Below, one piece after another: positions 36,301 through 48,070 of a DNA stretch of 64,000 nucleotides. Under the pieces are notes generated by a model. That model saw only the letters and a list, made by a program, of their open reading frames with translations, was not told the DNA's origin and searched no databases. The DNA is from Tubulanus polymorphus (taxonomy: Eukaryota; Animalia; Nemertea). The stretch's first letter is position 1. Every line of letters starts with the position of its first letter. Both the position numbers and the translations under genes were made by a program. The stretch lies in the NCBI RefSeq assembly GCF_964204645.1, contig NC_134028.1, positions 27,214,345 to 27,278,344 of the forward strand, in the 5' to 3' direction.

Positions 36301-37814
36301 TTTAAATATTATCTGTTTCTGAAACCGATGATGATCATCATCATCAATATCACAGACGAATGGAGGCAAGTAGAGGCATCAATCCTCCTGCGGCAGGCAC
36401 TCGAACCTGATGGCATCCAGAATGCCACGGTACGAAACCCTGCCACACTAGACCGAGTGCGCAGCAGCTACACGCGCAGCTTAGATGATGTCATTAATAG
36501 CCAATCAGATATTACGTTTCATTTTAGCCCAGGTTTTGCCATTTATAGTTCTTCAAGTTTTCGTGCGGCAAAGCTGCGCATGTACCTGCGCACCCGGTCT
36601 AGTGTGGCAGGGGTTCGTGCCGTGGCTGAGTGTAGCAAGCGATGTCATCAGGTTCAAATCCCTCCCATGGGAGGATGTTGGTTGGTGTCCCACACGTTTG
36701 GACTGTGATTGATATCGATTTAGTGACAGATGAAATAAACTTACACTGTTTTCACTATTTGATGTAATCAGTCGATGGAATCATTTTAGAACAAATTCAT
36801 CACAAAACAGCGAGGTGAAGCCCATCGTGGTCTAGATATATCGGGATGGAATGACGTCGATATGCTCGACTGAGCGCCACCAGTCCACAAGTGCACCGTT
36901 TGTAGGATGTACCTCTGAAATAATTTGATTTCCCACAATATCTGAGATGGAATATTTTTCGCCATTTAAACCAATGTTACAAACACTTACCAAATATTGA
37001 AATACTGATTTCAGGGGTCGGGAAGGAGGGTGGCAATGTTTAGGTGAGGTTTTTGCTTAATTTCGTGTTATGGTAATTCGGTAAAGCACGCCATTTTGAT
37101 ATTGCGTCATAGTGTACCTCAGATTGGGATTCCCGCCGGTAGACTGGTCACCGCCACCTGCATTCGCAAGTAGAAATGGCAACCAGTCGATTGCAGGTCT
37201 CGGCTTCTTTTCGATTAGATTAGGTTTTGTATTCTACGCAATATTCAAAGAATTTATTTAATGAAAACCACGCTCTTTACCAATCTAATCATTCGTTTCG
37301 AGGTTTCCGTAATTACTACTTTAGTTCACAGAAATTCCGCTATCGTTATTCATAGGGGCAGCACTGAACGGTTGTAATTTGATGCAGTCTTGCTATTTTA
37401 CTGCGGCATGTGAGGAATACAGATTTTTCTTAAGTCAAATTTCATTCATCACTCAACACTAGTTTGTTAGAAATTAATAACTGTACCAACATTAGAGCTT
37501 TATATAAGGAGAGTAAATTAATGGTATGATAGAATCTCCCTAATTCCGATCATTGGGACCAACAAAATTCATTCGTTTTACGGCAAATCCGGATTTAAAA
37601 GTCATTTTCGTGTATATTAATGATTAAATTGACTGTAAATATTATTCGGATTAGACCAAAATTCGGATTAAGCCGATGCGGATTAAACGATTTAGTTTGA
37701 ATGTATTAGCCAATAGAATCAGTCTTCACCCATCGAACTGGCCCCAGGGCACTAAAATTACCAAGAAACAAACACTGACGAGTGTTGGCCTGTTTAATGA
37801 ACGCAGAAACCCTA
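33397..37814. repeat. Large tandem unit, partial copy 4a (equivalent to 1-~4050)
   Basis: Homology ends inside the 33-bp repeat (AAACCCTAGTGT), where the 18-bp satellite begins. Confidence 0.93.
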
Positions 37815-39657
37815 GTGTCCCGACAGAGTACTGTGTACCGACAGAGTACTGTGTCCCGACGGAGTACTGTGTACCGACGGAGTACTGTGTACCGACAGAG
37901 TACTGTGTATCGACAGAGTACTGTGTATCGACAGAGTACTGTGTATCGACGGAGTACTGTGTACCGACAGAGTACTGTGTCCCGACGGAGTACTGTGTCC
38001 CGACGGAGTACTGTGTCCCGACGGAGTACTGTGTACCGGACGGAGTACTGTGTCCCGACGGAGTACTGTGTACCGGACGGAGTACTGTGTCCCAACGAGT
38101 ACTGTGTCCCGACGGAGTACTGTGTACCGACGGAGTACTGTGTCCCGACGGAGTACTGTGTACCGACAGAGTACCGTGACCCGACATAGTACCCAGGGGC
38201 GGATCCAGGGGGATGGGTAGACAGTATTGGAAGGAAATTTAAGGGCACCTTTCTGACCTTAGGGCACACCCAGTATCCAGTTCAATGCGAGCGCCGAAGG
38301 CGCGAAGTCCTTAGAGGGGGGTCTGGGGGCCCACCCCCGGAAAATTTTGAAAATATGGTACCATTTAAAGGCTTTTAGAGGGCTTCTAGAGGCTAGCAGA
38401 GCAATCCAGAATAAACGAATCCGAGACAAGATTTCAACACATGCGGATAAAAAATGAAGCTGGCGAACCCATGAAAGAATGGTTGTCGCCAACTTCGCCT
38501 AGTGCCCCTATAATCTTTAAAAGTGCCCCTTAACAATTATACAGAATACGGCTAAATGCCCCTTCATTGTTAACAATCGGCAAAAATTGCCTCGTCTTCA
38601 CATTTATCCTTATGTCGTGTGCTATCTTCCAAACCAAAAGTGCCCCTAAAATTTTAAAAATTAGGCAAAAAAGTGCCCTTTTCTTCAACATTTTCCGCGT
38701 ATAGTGCCCTCTTCTAAAGTACGAGTGCCCCTTTAGCCCTCCCTGAAAGACAAGGAAGGACAAGGTGCCCTCATCTAAAGCATGAGTGCCCTTTGCAAAA
38801 GGAAAGTGCCCATTTTAATTTATCATGATTAAAGGCTTTACAAATATGATTATCTCTCCTCACTTTCTCGGCAGCAGTATATACCGATTAATTTTATAAT
38901 TATGCCCGGATTACGGACACGGAATTAGCGGTTGCTGAAATAATGCCGTCAAAAATATTGCCGGTGAAATTTCGAAGGGCACTTAAAAATTCTAGACCGT
39001 ATTGGGCAATACGGCTAATACGGTCTGGATCCGCCCCTGGTACCGTGTACCGACAGAGTACTGTGTACCGACAGAGTACTGTGTACCGACAGAGTACTGT
39101 GTATCGACGGAGTACTGTGTACCGACAGAGTACTGTGTCCCGACGGAGTACTGTGTATCGACGGAGTACCGTGTATCGACGGAGTACTGTGTATCGACGG
39201 AGTACCGTGTACCGACAGAGTACCGTGTACCGACAGAGTACCGTGTACCGACGGAGTACCGTGTCCCGACGGAGTACCGTGTATCGACGGAGTACCGTGT
39301 ACCGACAGAGTACTGTGTACCGACAGAGTACTGTGTAACGACGGAGTACTGTGTACCGACGGAGTACTGTGAAACGAAGGAGTACTGTGTCCCGACGGAG
39401 TACTGTGTATCGACGGAGTACTGTGTACCGACAGAGTACTGTGTACCGACAGAGTACTGTGTACCGACAGAGTAACGTGTACCGACAGAGTAACGTGTAC
39501 CGATAGAGTACCGTGTACCGACAGAGTACCGTGTACCGACAGAGTACCGTGTCCCGACAGAGTACTGTGTCCCGACAGAGTACTGTGTACCGTCAGAGTA
39601 CTGTGAAACGACGGAGTACTGTGCACCGACAGAGTACTGTGTACCGACAGAGTACTG
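37815..39657. repeat. 18-bp minisatellite (GAGTACTGTGTACCGACR)n, split by a transposon
   Basis: Arrays at 37815-38193 and 39040-39657. Source of the PTEYCV/TQYSVG pseudo-ORFs. Confidence 0.97.
38194..39039. mobile_element. 846-bp non-autonomous DNA transposon with 5-bp TSD (hAT-like)
   Basis: GTACC|CAGGGGCGGATCCAG...CTGGATCCGCCCCTG|GTACC, with many internal GTGCCC/GGGCAC motifs. Confidence 0.9.
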
Positions 39658-40090
39658 GTTTGAGCAGGGGACGCCTAGGCTCAACGGAGCCCCGCGTCCA
39701 GGATTTTTAATGGTTCTATATCAACTTCATGACCCCTTCTTAATACCCGAGAAGTTTCAGAGCCCTAGGGCCACTATCAAGGTCGTGCCGGAAGTTAGAA
39801 AAAGGTCGTTTTTCAGGTCTTAACTTAATGCATTTTCGCGAATTATTTGACACTGATTTTCGCGGTTTGAGCAGGGGACGCCTAGGCTCAACGGAGCCCC
39901 GCGACCAGGATTTTAATGGTTCTATATCAACTATATGACCCCTTCTAAATACCCGAGAAGTTTCAGAGCCCTAGGCCACTATTAGGGTCGTGCAGGAAGT
40001 TAGAAAAAGGTCGCTTTTCAGGTCTCAACTTAGTTCATTTTCGCGAATTATTTGACACTGATTTTCGTGGTTTGAGCAGGAGACGCCTAA
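39657..40090. repeat. ~206-bp tandem repeat (2 copies plus a partial)
   Basis: GGTTTGAGCAGG(G/A)GACGCCTA recurs at 39657, 39864 and 40069. Confidence 0.93.
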
Positions 40091-41095
40091 TTTCTAACAA
40101 GTAATGACAATGTTATGAAATTTTCATGACAGGTAATGACGACCACGCAATTTTATCGACAATGATTCTCTTTAATTGTTTTTTTATAACACAATTCGTT
40201 TATTTATCCAGTACACGCCGCTTTATTGCGTAGCGTTGCAACAGATGTAGATAAATTACCTAAGTTCACAATCCATGAGGGAGATAGAAACATTTTAAAT
40301 AGTTATTCAAATATTTCAACACCGAAAATTCTGATATTTCACCATACTTCAGGCATAGGTTTTTAAACCGAATATATTTTGACAGTTCTGTTTTGCAAGC
40401 TCGATCCAAAACAAACGGGTATCAGTGAAATATAGTACTGAAAAAGTTGAACGAATTCTGGTCACTTTCACTAGCGTTAGGTGGATGAGAAAGGTTTAAT
40501 TTATTACTGGCGGCAATCAGGGGTCCGATTAGAAACTGTTATAGTCAGATAATGATAGCGGATATTCTTAGTGAATAGAGTCACCACACCTGACTGGTCA
40601 ATGTTTAACTATGTTCTCAGTTTTAGCATAAATTGCCGTCAAGATCACTTATGATTTCTTTATCCTCTAATTTAATTCTCCACGTTTCAGTGTGGTAGTT
40701 ATTCCGGTATTTACCACCCATCTTACAATTTACTGACGTCGATAAATTTAGACGTTTTGTCAAAACTTTTACCGACGATGTTTAGATTCAGTCGGTGAAA
40801 ACTCTGTATTCTTTCTCAAATATTAAACAAAATCAATTTATCATATATCTGAATAGTATGAATCCTCGGTAGGCTCATTTAACATGAATTCAAAAAGGTA
40901 TTTTATCTATAATATTGGCGTCTGATCTTTTCAATTTCTAATTGTTTTTTTCAGAAATCATTCGAATTGGAATCGCATTCAGGATTAATATAAAACGTTT
41001 CTGAAACTGAAGGGTTTAAATTTACTTTAAGGATCCTCACTGAATTCATACACACACACAGGAGTCGCAGAATCTGTAAGGTAGGAATAAATATT

Positions 41096-41180
41096 GATAC
41101 GATACGATACGATACGATACGATACGATACGATACGATACGATACGATACGATACGATACGATACGATACGATACGATAC
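41096..41180. repeat. (GATAC)17 microsatellite
   Basis: Perfect pentamer run. Confidence 0.98.
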
Positions 41181-41496
41181 CCTTAGCCTAATTCTGTCTC
41201 TGTATCATTTAAATACATCAATATTGTCAAAATAGAACAAATTCAGCTGGTAAATTTTGATAGCGTTGATAGAAGAGAAAGGCTTTAATTCATTACTGGC
41301 GGCGCCAATTTAGATCAGGTCTGATTAGAAACTGTTGTAATCAGAGAATAATAGCGGGTAGTCAGTGAAGAGTCACCACATCTGACTGGTCGCCAGTCAC
41401 CACAACCTGACTGATCATCACATTTGACTGATTGGTTCACTGGTCACCACACCTGACCGGTCACTGGTTAACACAATGACCAGACAAACTAACAAA

Positions 41497-42177
41497 CTTA
41501 GATTCACCTCCTAAGCCATCACCCATGGAACTGGCCCCAGGGCACTAAAAAGGCTATTACCAAGAAACAAACACTGACGCGAGTGTTGGCCTGATTAATA
41601 AACGCAGAACGCTGACCACACGTATTCACAAACTAAGTTAGCCACCAGAACTCAGCGGTCTAGTGGTTAGCGTGCTCGGCTGGCATGCTGGAGTTCGCAG
41701 GTTCGAGTCCTGCTAGAGTTAGGGTTACCGTCGATCTAGGGTTAGGGTTAGTGCCTCAGGTTGGGGCTAATTTTTGGCCCAGCGAGGTATTTGTAGTACG
41801 ATGATCATCTGTTTGACTCGGGTTGTTTTTTGGTCAATAGATTCTATACTAACTTATATATTTTGAACACATATATTTGCTTTATCTAGTGGAGGCCACT
41901 TTATTTAAAAGATACTTCGCTCAATACAGTAGTTTATTTCTAAATGAATAAAAGAGTTGGTGACATTATTCAATATATATAAAAACCACAATATCTACTT
42001 TAAGGTTGGTATGCAACAATTTCCACTCTTTTCCATAGGTGTCGCTTTGGATAAATGTCTATATCTCTTGGCCCAATGGACCGATTACGATTAAACTTGA
42101 TACACAGGAGCTTTTATCAAGTAGCACTCGGGGTGGGTGAAATCGCTCTAGGTTGAAGTTACACTGTCCTAAATTGG
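41497..42177 (+). repeat. Solo ~680-bp fragment of the large unit (equivalent to ~3932-4642)
   Basis: Runs from CTTAGATTCACCTCC to ACACTGTCCTAAATTGG, flanked by non-unit sequence. Confidence 0.92.
41649..41775 (+). ncRNA. tRNA-derived/TTAGGG element, solo copy in the spacer
   Basis: Same structure; lies within the duplicated fragment 41497-42177. Confidence 0.7.
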
Positions 42178-43157
42178 GTTGGCGAGCCAGGTGCTATTAC
42201 CTATTGTTTGGGCCTATTTTGCCTTTGTTGAGGCTATTTCATGATTCCTGTCGTCCCCTAAATGCCATTTTGGTGGAAAAAGGGTAATTTATTATTGGCG
42301 TCGATGGGGTCTTAATAGAAAATTGTTGTTATCAGAAAAATGATAGCGTTTCGACAGTTTACAAATAAGATAAACTTTTTCGACTTTTACAGAAGTAAAC
42401 CGTATGACGTAAACATCAAGCGATTAAAATATTCACTTAAGTTTTATTCAGCAAAAAATCATCGAGTTTATTTTGTACGTTACAATTAAGTTCTTCAATT
42501 AAACAACTTAGTATAAAAAAAATGATGGTTGGATTTATAATTTTCAATATAAATGGCGGAACTTACTTTTTACAATATTGAATAATTCGATGGTTTAAAA
42601 AATACTAATAGAAAAGGAGAAATGGAAGATGAAATGAAATAATTTTCAGATTGACTAGAGAGATTGAGATCTTCTGGTGTTCTACATCTTATGTTCAAAA
42701 TACACGTATTTATTATAGTGGTACCTGGTTTATCGTGGGCTGATTATATGTACAGTCCGTCTGATATTCAAAGTTTAACAAAATCTGATAAACACGTAGT
42801 CCAAAAACTGGCCCTATAAGTGTCACTTTCGTAATCTTAATTTGCTCTAACTGACATTGAACCACATAACTACGTGATAGGGGGAAATGTTCGTATTCTC
42901 AAAGCGTGGATTTCCGAACATCATCTACGGTGAATCAAACAGTGAATCAGTCGATACCGTATACAACTAGTGAAGATGGAGAAATTCAAATTTGATCAGT
43001 GTCATTAATTCAAGTCAATTACAGATAATACAGTCGTCTGTCAACAAAACGGTTACTATTATCAGTCACCAGCTGTCCTTGTACAACAACGCGCGTCACA
43101 CATATAGACAATACAGATGTAGAACGATAACCACACTCAAACGTGATGAACGGATAA

Positions 43158-43207
43158 TAAGATAAAATCCCACTATTTACAGATTAAAATAGTGGGATTT
43201 TATCTTA
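43158..43207. repeat. Perfect 21-bp hairpin with 8-nt loop
   Basis: TAAGATAAAATCCCACTATTT-ACAGATTA-AAATAGTGGGATTTTATCTTA. Confidence 0.92.
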
Positions 43208-43700
43208 ATACAGATGTTTATTACTGTAGAAATTGTTTTTTAATTTCGAGGTTTTACTTGAAAAAGCCGCCATCTTGATTTTGACCTTTTAAAGAACATT
43301 TCACATTTAAAATGTAGTTTTAGATTTAAATAGCTATATCAGGAATAAAACACGTTATTGATAGTTTATATCATTATGATGATATTTATGTAAAGAAGAC
43401 AGGTTCTGTTACGGGTGATGAAGCTCTGCAGTTTTACACCCGGAGACGGTTTAGGACGGCGTCCAGAATAGACAGAACGAGCTCCAGAGTGTGGAAGGTT
43501 TTTCTATTGTATCGAGTTTGCCGGGTTTTGATCGTCAGTTTGTACGTAAACATCGACCATGATTAGTGGAACTCCACGTATTGTATTCTAATTTATATCT
43601 TGAGTGTAAAAAAAACGTGAAATTTATTTTAGATTAACACAATGTATTTCTCAAGTTGAGTGTGAACTGTTGGTTTGATCTGAATGCAGTGGAACACGAT

Positions 43701-44050
43701 ATCTGAGTGACTGTTAAAACCCTTCCAGGATTGGCACTGTCCCCCAGAGATGATTTTGGTAAAACCAGTGTCTCTGGTAAACTTTGCATCATCCAGAATC
43801 TACTCAACCAAAATAAATAAACTTGAAACCAAATTTTAGAATCTACTGGGCTTCATTTCTGAATGATTGTTGTTTGTTTTGACTGGTGCGTTGTCATGGT
43901 GATGGCAAGGTGATATTCTGGATCCGATGTCTGGAAAAATAGTAATTCCTCAAAGCAGAGCCAAATTTCATCCTGAAATGAATAACTACGATTATTTTCA
44001 TCGATATGATAATGAAATGAGTTTATTTGAGCAAAATACGTTATAGAAAT
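43701..44050. repeat. ~340-bp diverged direct duplication (second copy 46263-46600)
   Basis: Shared GGTGATGGCAAGGTGA..TCTGGATCCGATGTCTGGAAAA and flanking sequence. Confidence 0.88.
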
Positions 44051-44577
44051 TTATCACAGAAATATAGAACTTGTCGATGTCGGCCGCGCCCCGCTGATAA
44101 ACTAGGTGAAATACCTCTCCGATTTAAGTTATTAAGTTTCTTTGTTTGAAATACCGGTATTTTATTGGGAATATTTTTCACATAATTCTTCAGTGAACTA
44201 TTGCACGGAAATCGCAACAAATTCCTAATTTCGTGGTTTTATTTCCCGCAACTATCAATTCGGAGCGGCATGTAAAGTCTACCGCGGGCACTATCGTGAA
44301 CTCTTTAGTTGGTGCCCGGAGCGCTAATGCCCCTGAGCCCTAGTCGACCTCGATCTGCGCGGACTACAGAACTAGCCCTCCCAAGTGGAGTATGTCCCAT
44401 TTAAGAATGATGGCGGACGAATCAATCGAAATTTACACTTGAAATATTTAGAAGCTTCTCTTTCAACGCAGAAGTGAATGTCTTCAAACCATTTCAACAT
44501 TGAAAAACAGTAAGTAAATTTACTTATGAATCGAATACTTTTGTTGTACGGTTGAAGGTGATTCGAGATGGAAGGTG

Positions 44578-44850
44578 TCGGAACACAGGGGCTTGTCACA
44601 ATGAATTCCGTCACAATTTGATGGACGGATGGATGACACCAGTTGCCAGTATCCCTATCTAGGTATGACTGCAGTTTAGGTGTCCCTAATGGTATGTACC
44701 TAACCTTACCATAACACTATTCTTTAATAACACTAGCGCCACCCAGTGGATAGGTGACCCAAACTGCAGTTAGCCCCCTATCTATATAAGGATACTGGTG
44801 TGGTCCATCCTCCATCAAATTGTCATAAGCTCCTGTGTGTTGGACATAAA
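44578..44850. mobile_element. Large imperfect fold-back (probably nested MITEs) with a central CTCF-like motif
   Basis: Concentric pairs ACACAGGGGCTT/AAGCTCCTGTGT, ACAATTTGATGGA/TCCATCAAATTGT, CACCAGT/ACTGGTG and ACTGCAGTTT/AAACTGCAGT. AGCGCCACCCAGTGG at 44735-44749. Confidence 0.65.
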
Positions 44851-44980
44851 ACCGCCATGTCGAGCTAATGCGTGTAAAACTGTCGGCCGACATTCAAGAT
44901 TCAATTAGTAAAATGTATATCTAGTGTGGATTGAGGCCTAATATAAACTATTACTATCAATACAGATGGAGCATTTGAGC

Positions 44981-45041
44981 ATTTTGACCCCAGTATCCTA
45001 GGTACTATATATAAAAAGACTGAGGATACTGGGGTCAAAAT
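44981..45041. repeat. 19-bp perfect inverted repeat with 23-nt loop (MITE remnant)
   Basis: ATTTTGACCCCAGTATCCT / AGGATACTGGGGTCAAAAT. Confidence 0.85.
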
Positions 45042-45152
45042 CCTTTTGTGTCAAGTCCCTGTAATTGCTATCAACACAGATAAAGAATTTGACCCCGCCG
45101 ATACCCTTGATTTTATAGTGCTTTCTCTGACAGGTTTCTATGTTTATTTCAG

Positions 45153-46000
45153 GGTGATGCTCTACTAACTGCAGTCATCAGGAAGTTCAAGCCGGAATAA
45201 CTGTTTGGCGATGAAGTGAACAAGTGATCCCTCGATTCAGGTAGATATATCTTAGGCCCTAATCACAGACCTCTAGAAACTAAATAGTTTCAGTGGTGTT
45301 TTAAAACAGAGTTAACCAAAATCCAAGCAGGTTTTCAGCGCCGTTCTCAAATCATTGATGCCATCATGATTTGAAAGCTTGTCAAAGATTGCGGCTCAAT
45401 TTACTGTGTTTGGGACTAAACAAAAATTTTGCTGCGATGAAATTTACTGTGGAAATATCAAACATGTTTGAATGGTGCGATTCACCTGCTGCTGAGCAAC
45501 GAACATGCTGCAAATTTCGATTCGAAATCTGTAATATGATTCTTATAGTGTTCCCTGCTCTAAGTCTGAACCAATTTACCGTTAAGTCTTGTATGAAAAA
45601 AAGATTGTAACACTGAAAATTCTTGATACTAAAAGCATTTTGAATCTTGTTGAATCTGTTTTCATTTTTTATCTGATGAAGAAATAATGATTTTCAGTGT
45701 TTTGTATTATTTCAGATGTAGGCGTAACGCTAGAGTTTTGTTTATTCTACTCAAAAGAAGATGATGTTTAGATCAGGTTTGTTTAGTTACTCTTATTCAT
45801 GTCGAATATTTGATATGATTTTTGTGAATTGCTCTAATGATGTTATAATGAACGTTGTTTGATTTTTTTTCAGTCTAATGGAGGAGGATTTCAATAACTG
45901 AAACCTGCGACACGTCTACACCTGAAATTGACTGCGCGTCAAATGAATGAATTATTGAATCTAAATGACTGTGATGTTTCATGCTGATTGGAGGATTTGG
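45153..46000 (+). ncRNA. Possible spliced non-coding exons 45153-45240, 45716-45776 and 45874-
   Basis: Acceptors TTTATTTCAG, TTATTTCAG and TTTTTTTTCAG; donors CAG|GTAGAT and CAG|GTTTGT. The first two exons have stops in all frames. Confidence 0.35.
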
Positions 46001-47889
46001 AGGAATGTCTCAGGTTCGAACCCAATGACTGTGTTGCGATGTCCCAGGTTCAAACCCAGTGATTCTGATCAGATGATGAACCAAGGTGTCTTATTACTTC
46101 ACATACATTAGTTACATGTTCGCCACCTCTTGGAATTTTGCTGAACCACTAAATTACTGGAAAAGCTAATTGCGACGGTTGGCAAAATGAGTTATATATC
46201 GCAGGCGCCATCTATCGGAAATTTGAGTTGTGAACTTTTGATCTGTACACATTTTATCACAAAATCTGAGTGACTAAAAGCCCTTCAGGGATAGGACAGT
46301 GAAATTAACCATCAGTACTGAAACTCTAACTTTGCATCATTCAAAATCTACTCAACCAATATAAACAAACTTTTAACCAAATATAAGAATCTACAGGGCT
46401 TCATTTCTGAGTGATTGTTGTTTGTTTTGACTGATGCATTGTCCTGGTGATGGCAAGGTGAATTTCTGGATCCGATGTCTGGAAAATTAGTAATTCCTCA
46501 AAACACAGCGAAATTTCATACTGAAATGAATAACTACACTTATTTTCATTGATATGATAACAAAATGAATTTATTTGAGCAAAATATTTCATAGAAATAT
46601 AAAATTAACCTCGAATGATGATACTGGAGGCCGTAATGTTGAGTCCGGGTGACCCCTAGATACTTCAGACCGCACAGATGATGATGAAAACTGTCATGAA
46701 AACTGTGTTCTCCCCTTCTTCAGAATCAAGCTATAAATTAAGAAAAGATATTTGCATTATTTACTTAAAAAGTGTCATTATTGCTTAGGCTACATTCTGC
46801 TTTCATCAATATCAATATCTATAGGCCTATGTGCCCCTAGAGGAACCTTATCTATTTTCTGAATTGATAATCAATGGAGTTTCAATGCACCTTATTTCTT
46901 ATGCATCATCTATGGGAAATATAGAATGAAATGTATTCAATGAATTAAACTCTTGTGTCCATGATTCGAACCCTGTAACTTGCCATTGGCTGTTGAAGGA
47001 GAGGATTTTTCTCGGGTTCCAGCGTCCGCATATTTGACACCAAATTTCTTTCCAAAATTTTCCTTCCATACAAAGACTAACTCATTTTTACTATAGAATC
47101 AATCTTATATAGGTCTATGTAGTGTTAATGGAAATAAATAGAAATATCTTTATAAATAGACGATTATTTCTCGATATTATGGTCTGATGGTGTATGGTCT
47201 TCTGGTCTCTTCTTTTCCCTGGTTTAGGATAACACGGACACGCAGCAGGAAAACTGGAATAATCATTTGTCACATCCCAAACACCCCGTCCCCAGACGCG
47301 CATCCGCATGTGGTATAAGTCAAACCTCGGACTACATTAATCGCCACCTGGGTTCAAGTTGACATGTTTGACTGAGTTTGGACACTTATTCGATCAGTAA
47401 CTTTGAGCCTTTATTTCGCTTCTCTTGCCCCCATCCCCGACCAGTACATGGCGCCTAATCGTATATCAAAGGAGTCTCATCTACGAACCTGTTCGTTGTA
47501 CGTTCGTCGCCCGATAGAATCGAGAGAATTTTGCCCTCCATATGATTTCTACATAATGATATGCTGCAGTCACATGTATCATATTATCTCGTGCGCGACG
47601 CCGTCTCTATAATGATATCACAAACATAGACCCGTCCAGTGAGAGGGTAGTCGCATCTTCAAGTTCCTTTTTTACAGATATCATTAAAAACGGCGATAAA
47701 CCTTTATAAACACCTCTAAAACCTCAATCAGTAAAGTATCGAGGATAGAACTATCCCCGGCTCGATATTTCAAGATATATGTAACAAATGGACCCATCCC
47801 GCAACCGCTGTCGCAATAGCTCATCCCCCTATTGTTGCAACACAATAGAACACGCCACAATTGACATATCCCGCGCACTAGCAATAGAC

Positions 47890-48070
47890 GATATCCCCCA
47901 ATTGAGATCGATTAGCCAATCAGCGGCCGCGTACTGGAGCGTGCCTGGGCTTGTCGCAGGCGCCGGGAAATTCGATTTCATCGAATAAATCGTAATATCA
48001 ATCGAATCGTGCGCCATCTTTCGCTATTCTGATTGGATTTTACTCGGAAAGGAATTAATCCAATCGGGAA
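47890..48070. promoter_or_regulatory. CpG-rich promoter-like region
   Basis: AGCCAATCAG (~47914), CTGATTGG (~48028), CCAATCGG (~48060) and YY1-like GCGCCATCTT (48011). Confidence 0.45.

Larger units (their letters stand above)
29000..37105 (-). pseudogene. Multi-exon gene model T3
   Basis: Same splice sites as T1. PolyA signal at 29021-29016. Confidence 0.6.

Noticed and set aside
37676-39710. Long ORFs (PTEYCV, TQYSVG, RQSTVY repeats)
   Set aside because: By-products of a stop-free 18-bp minisatellite that is open in most frames on both strands.
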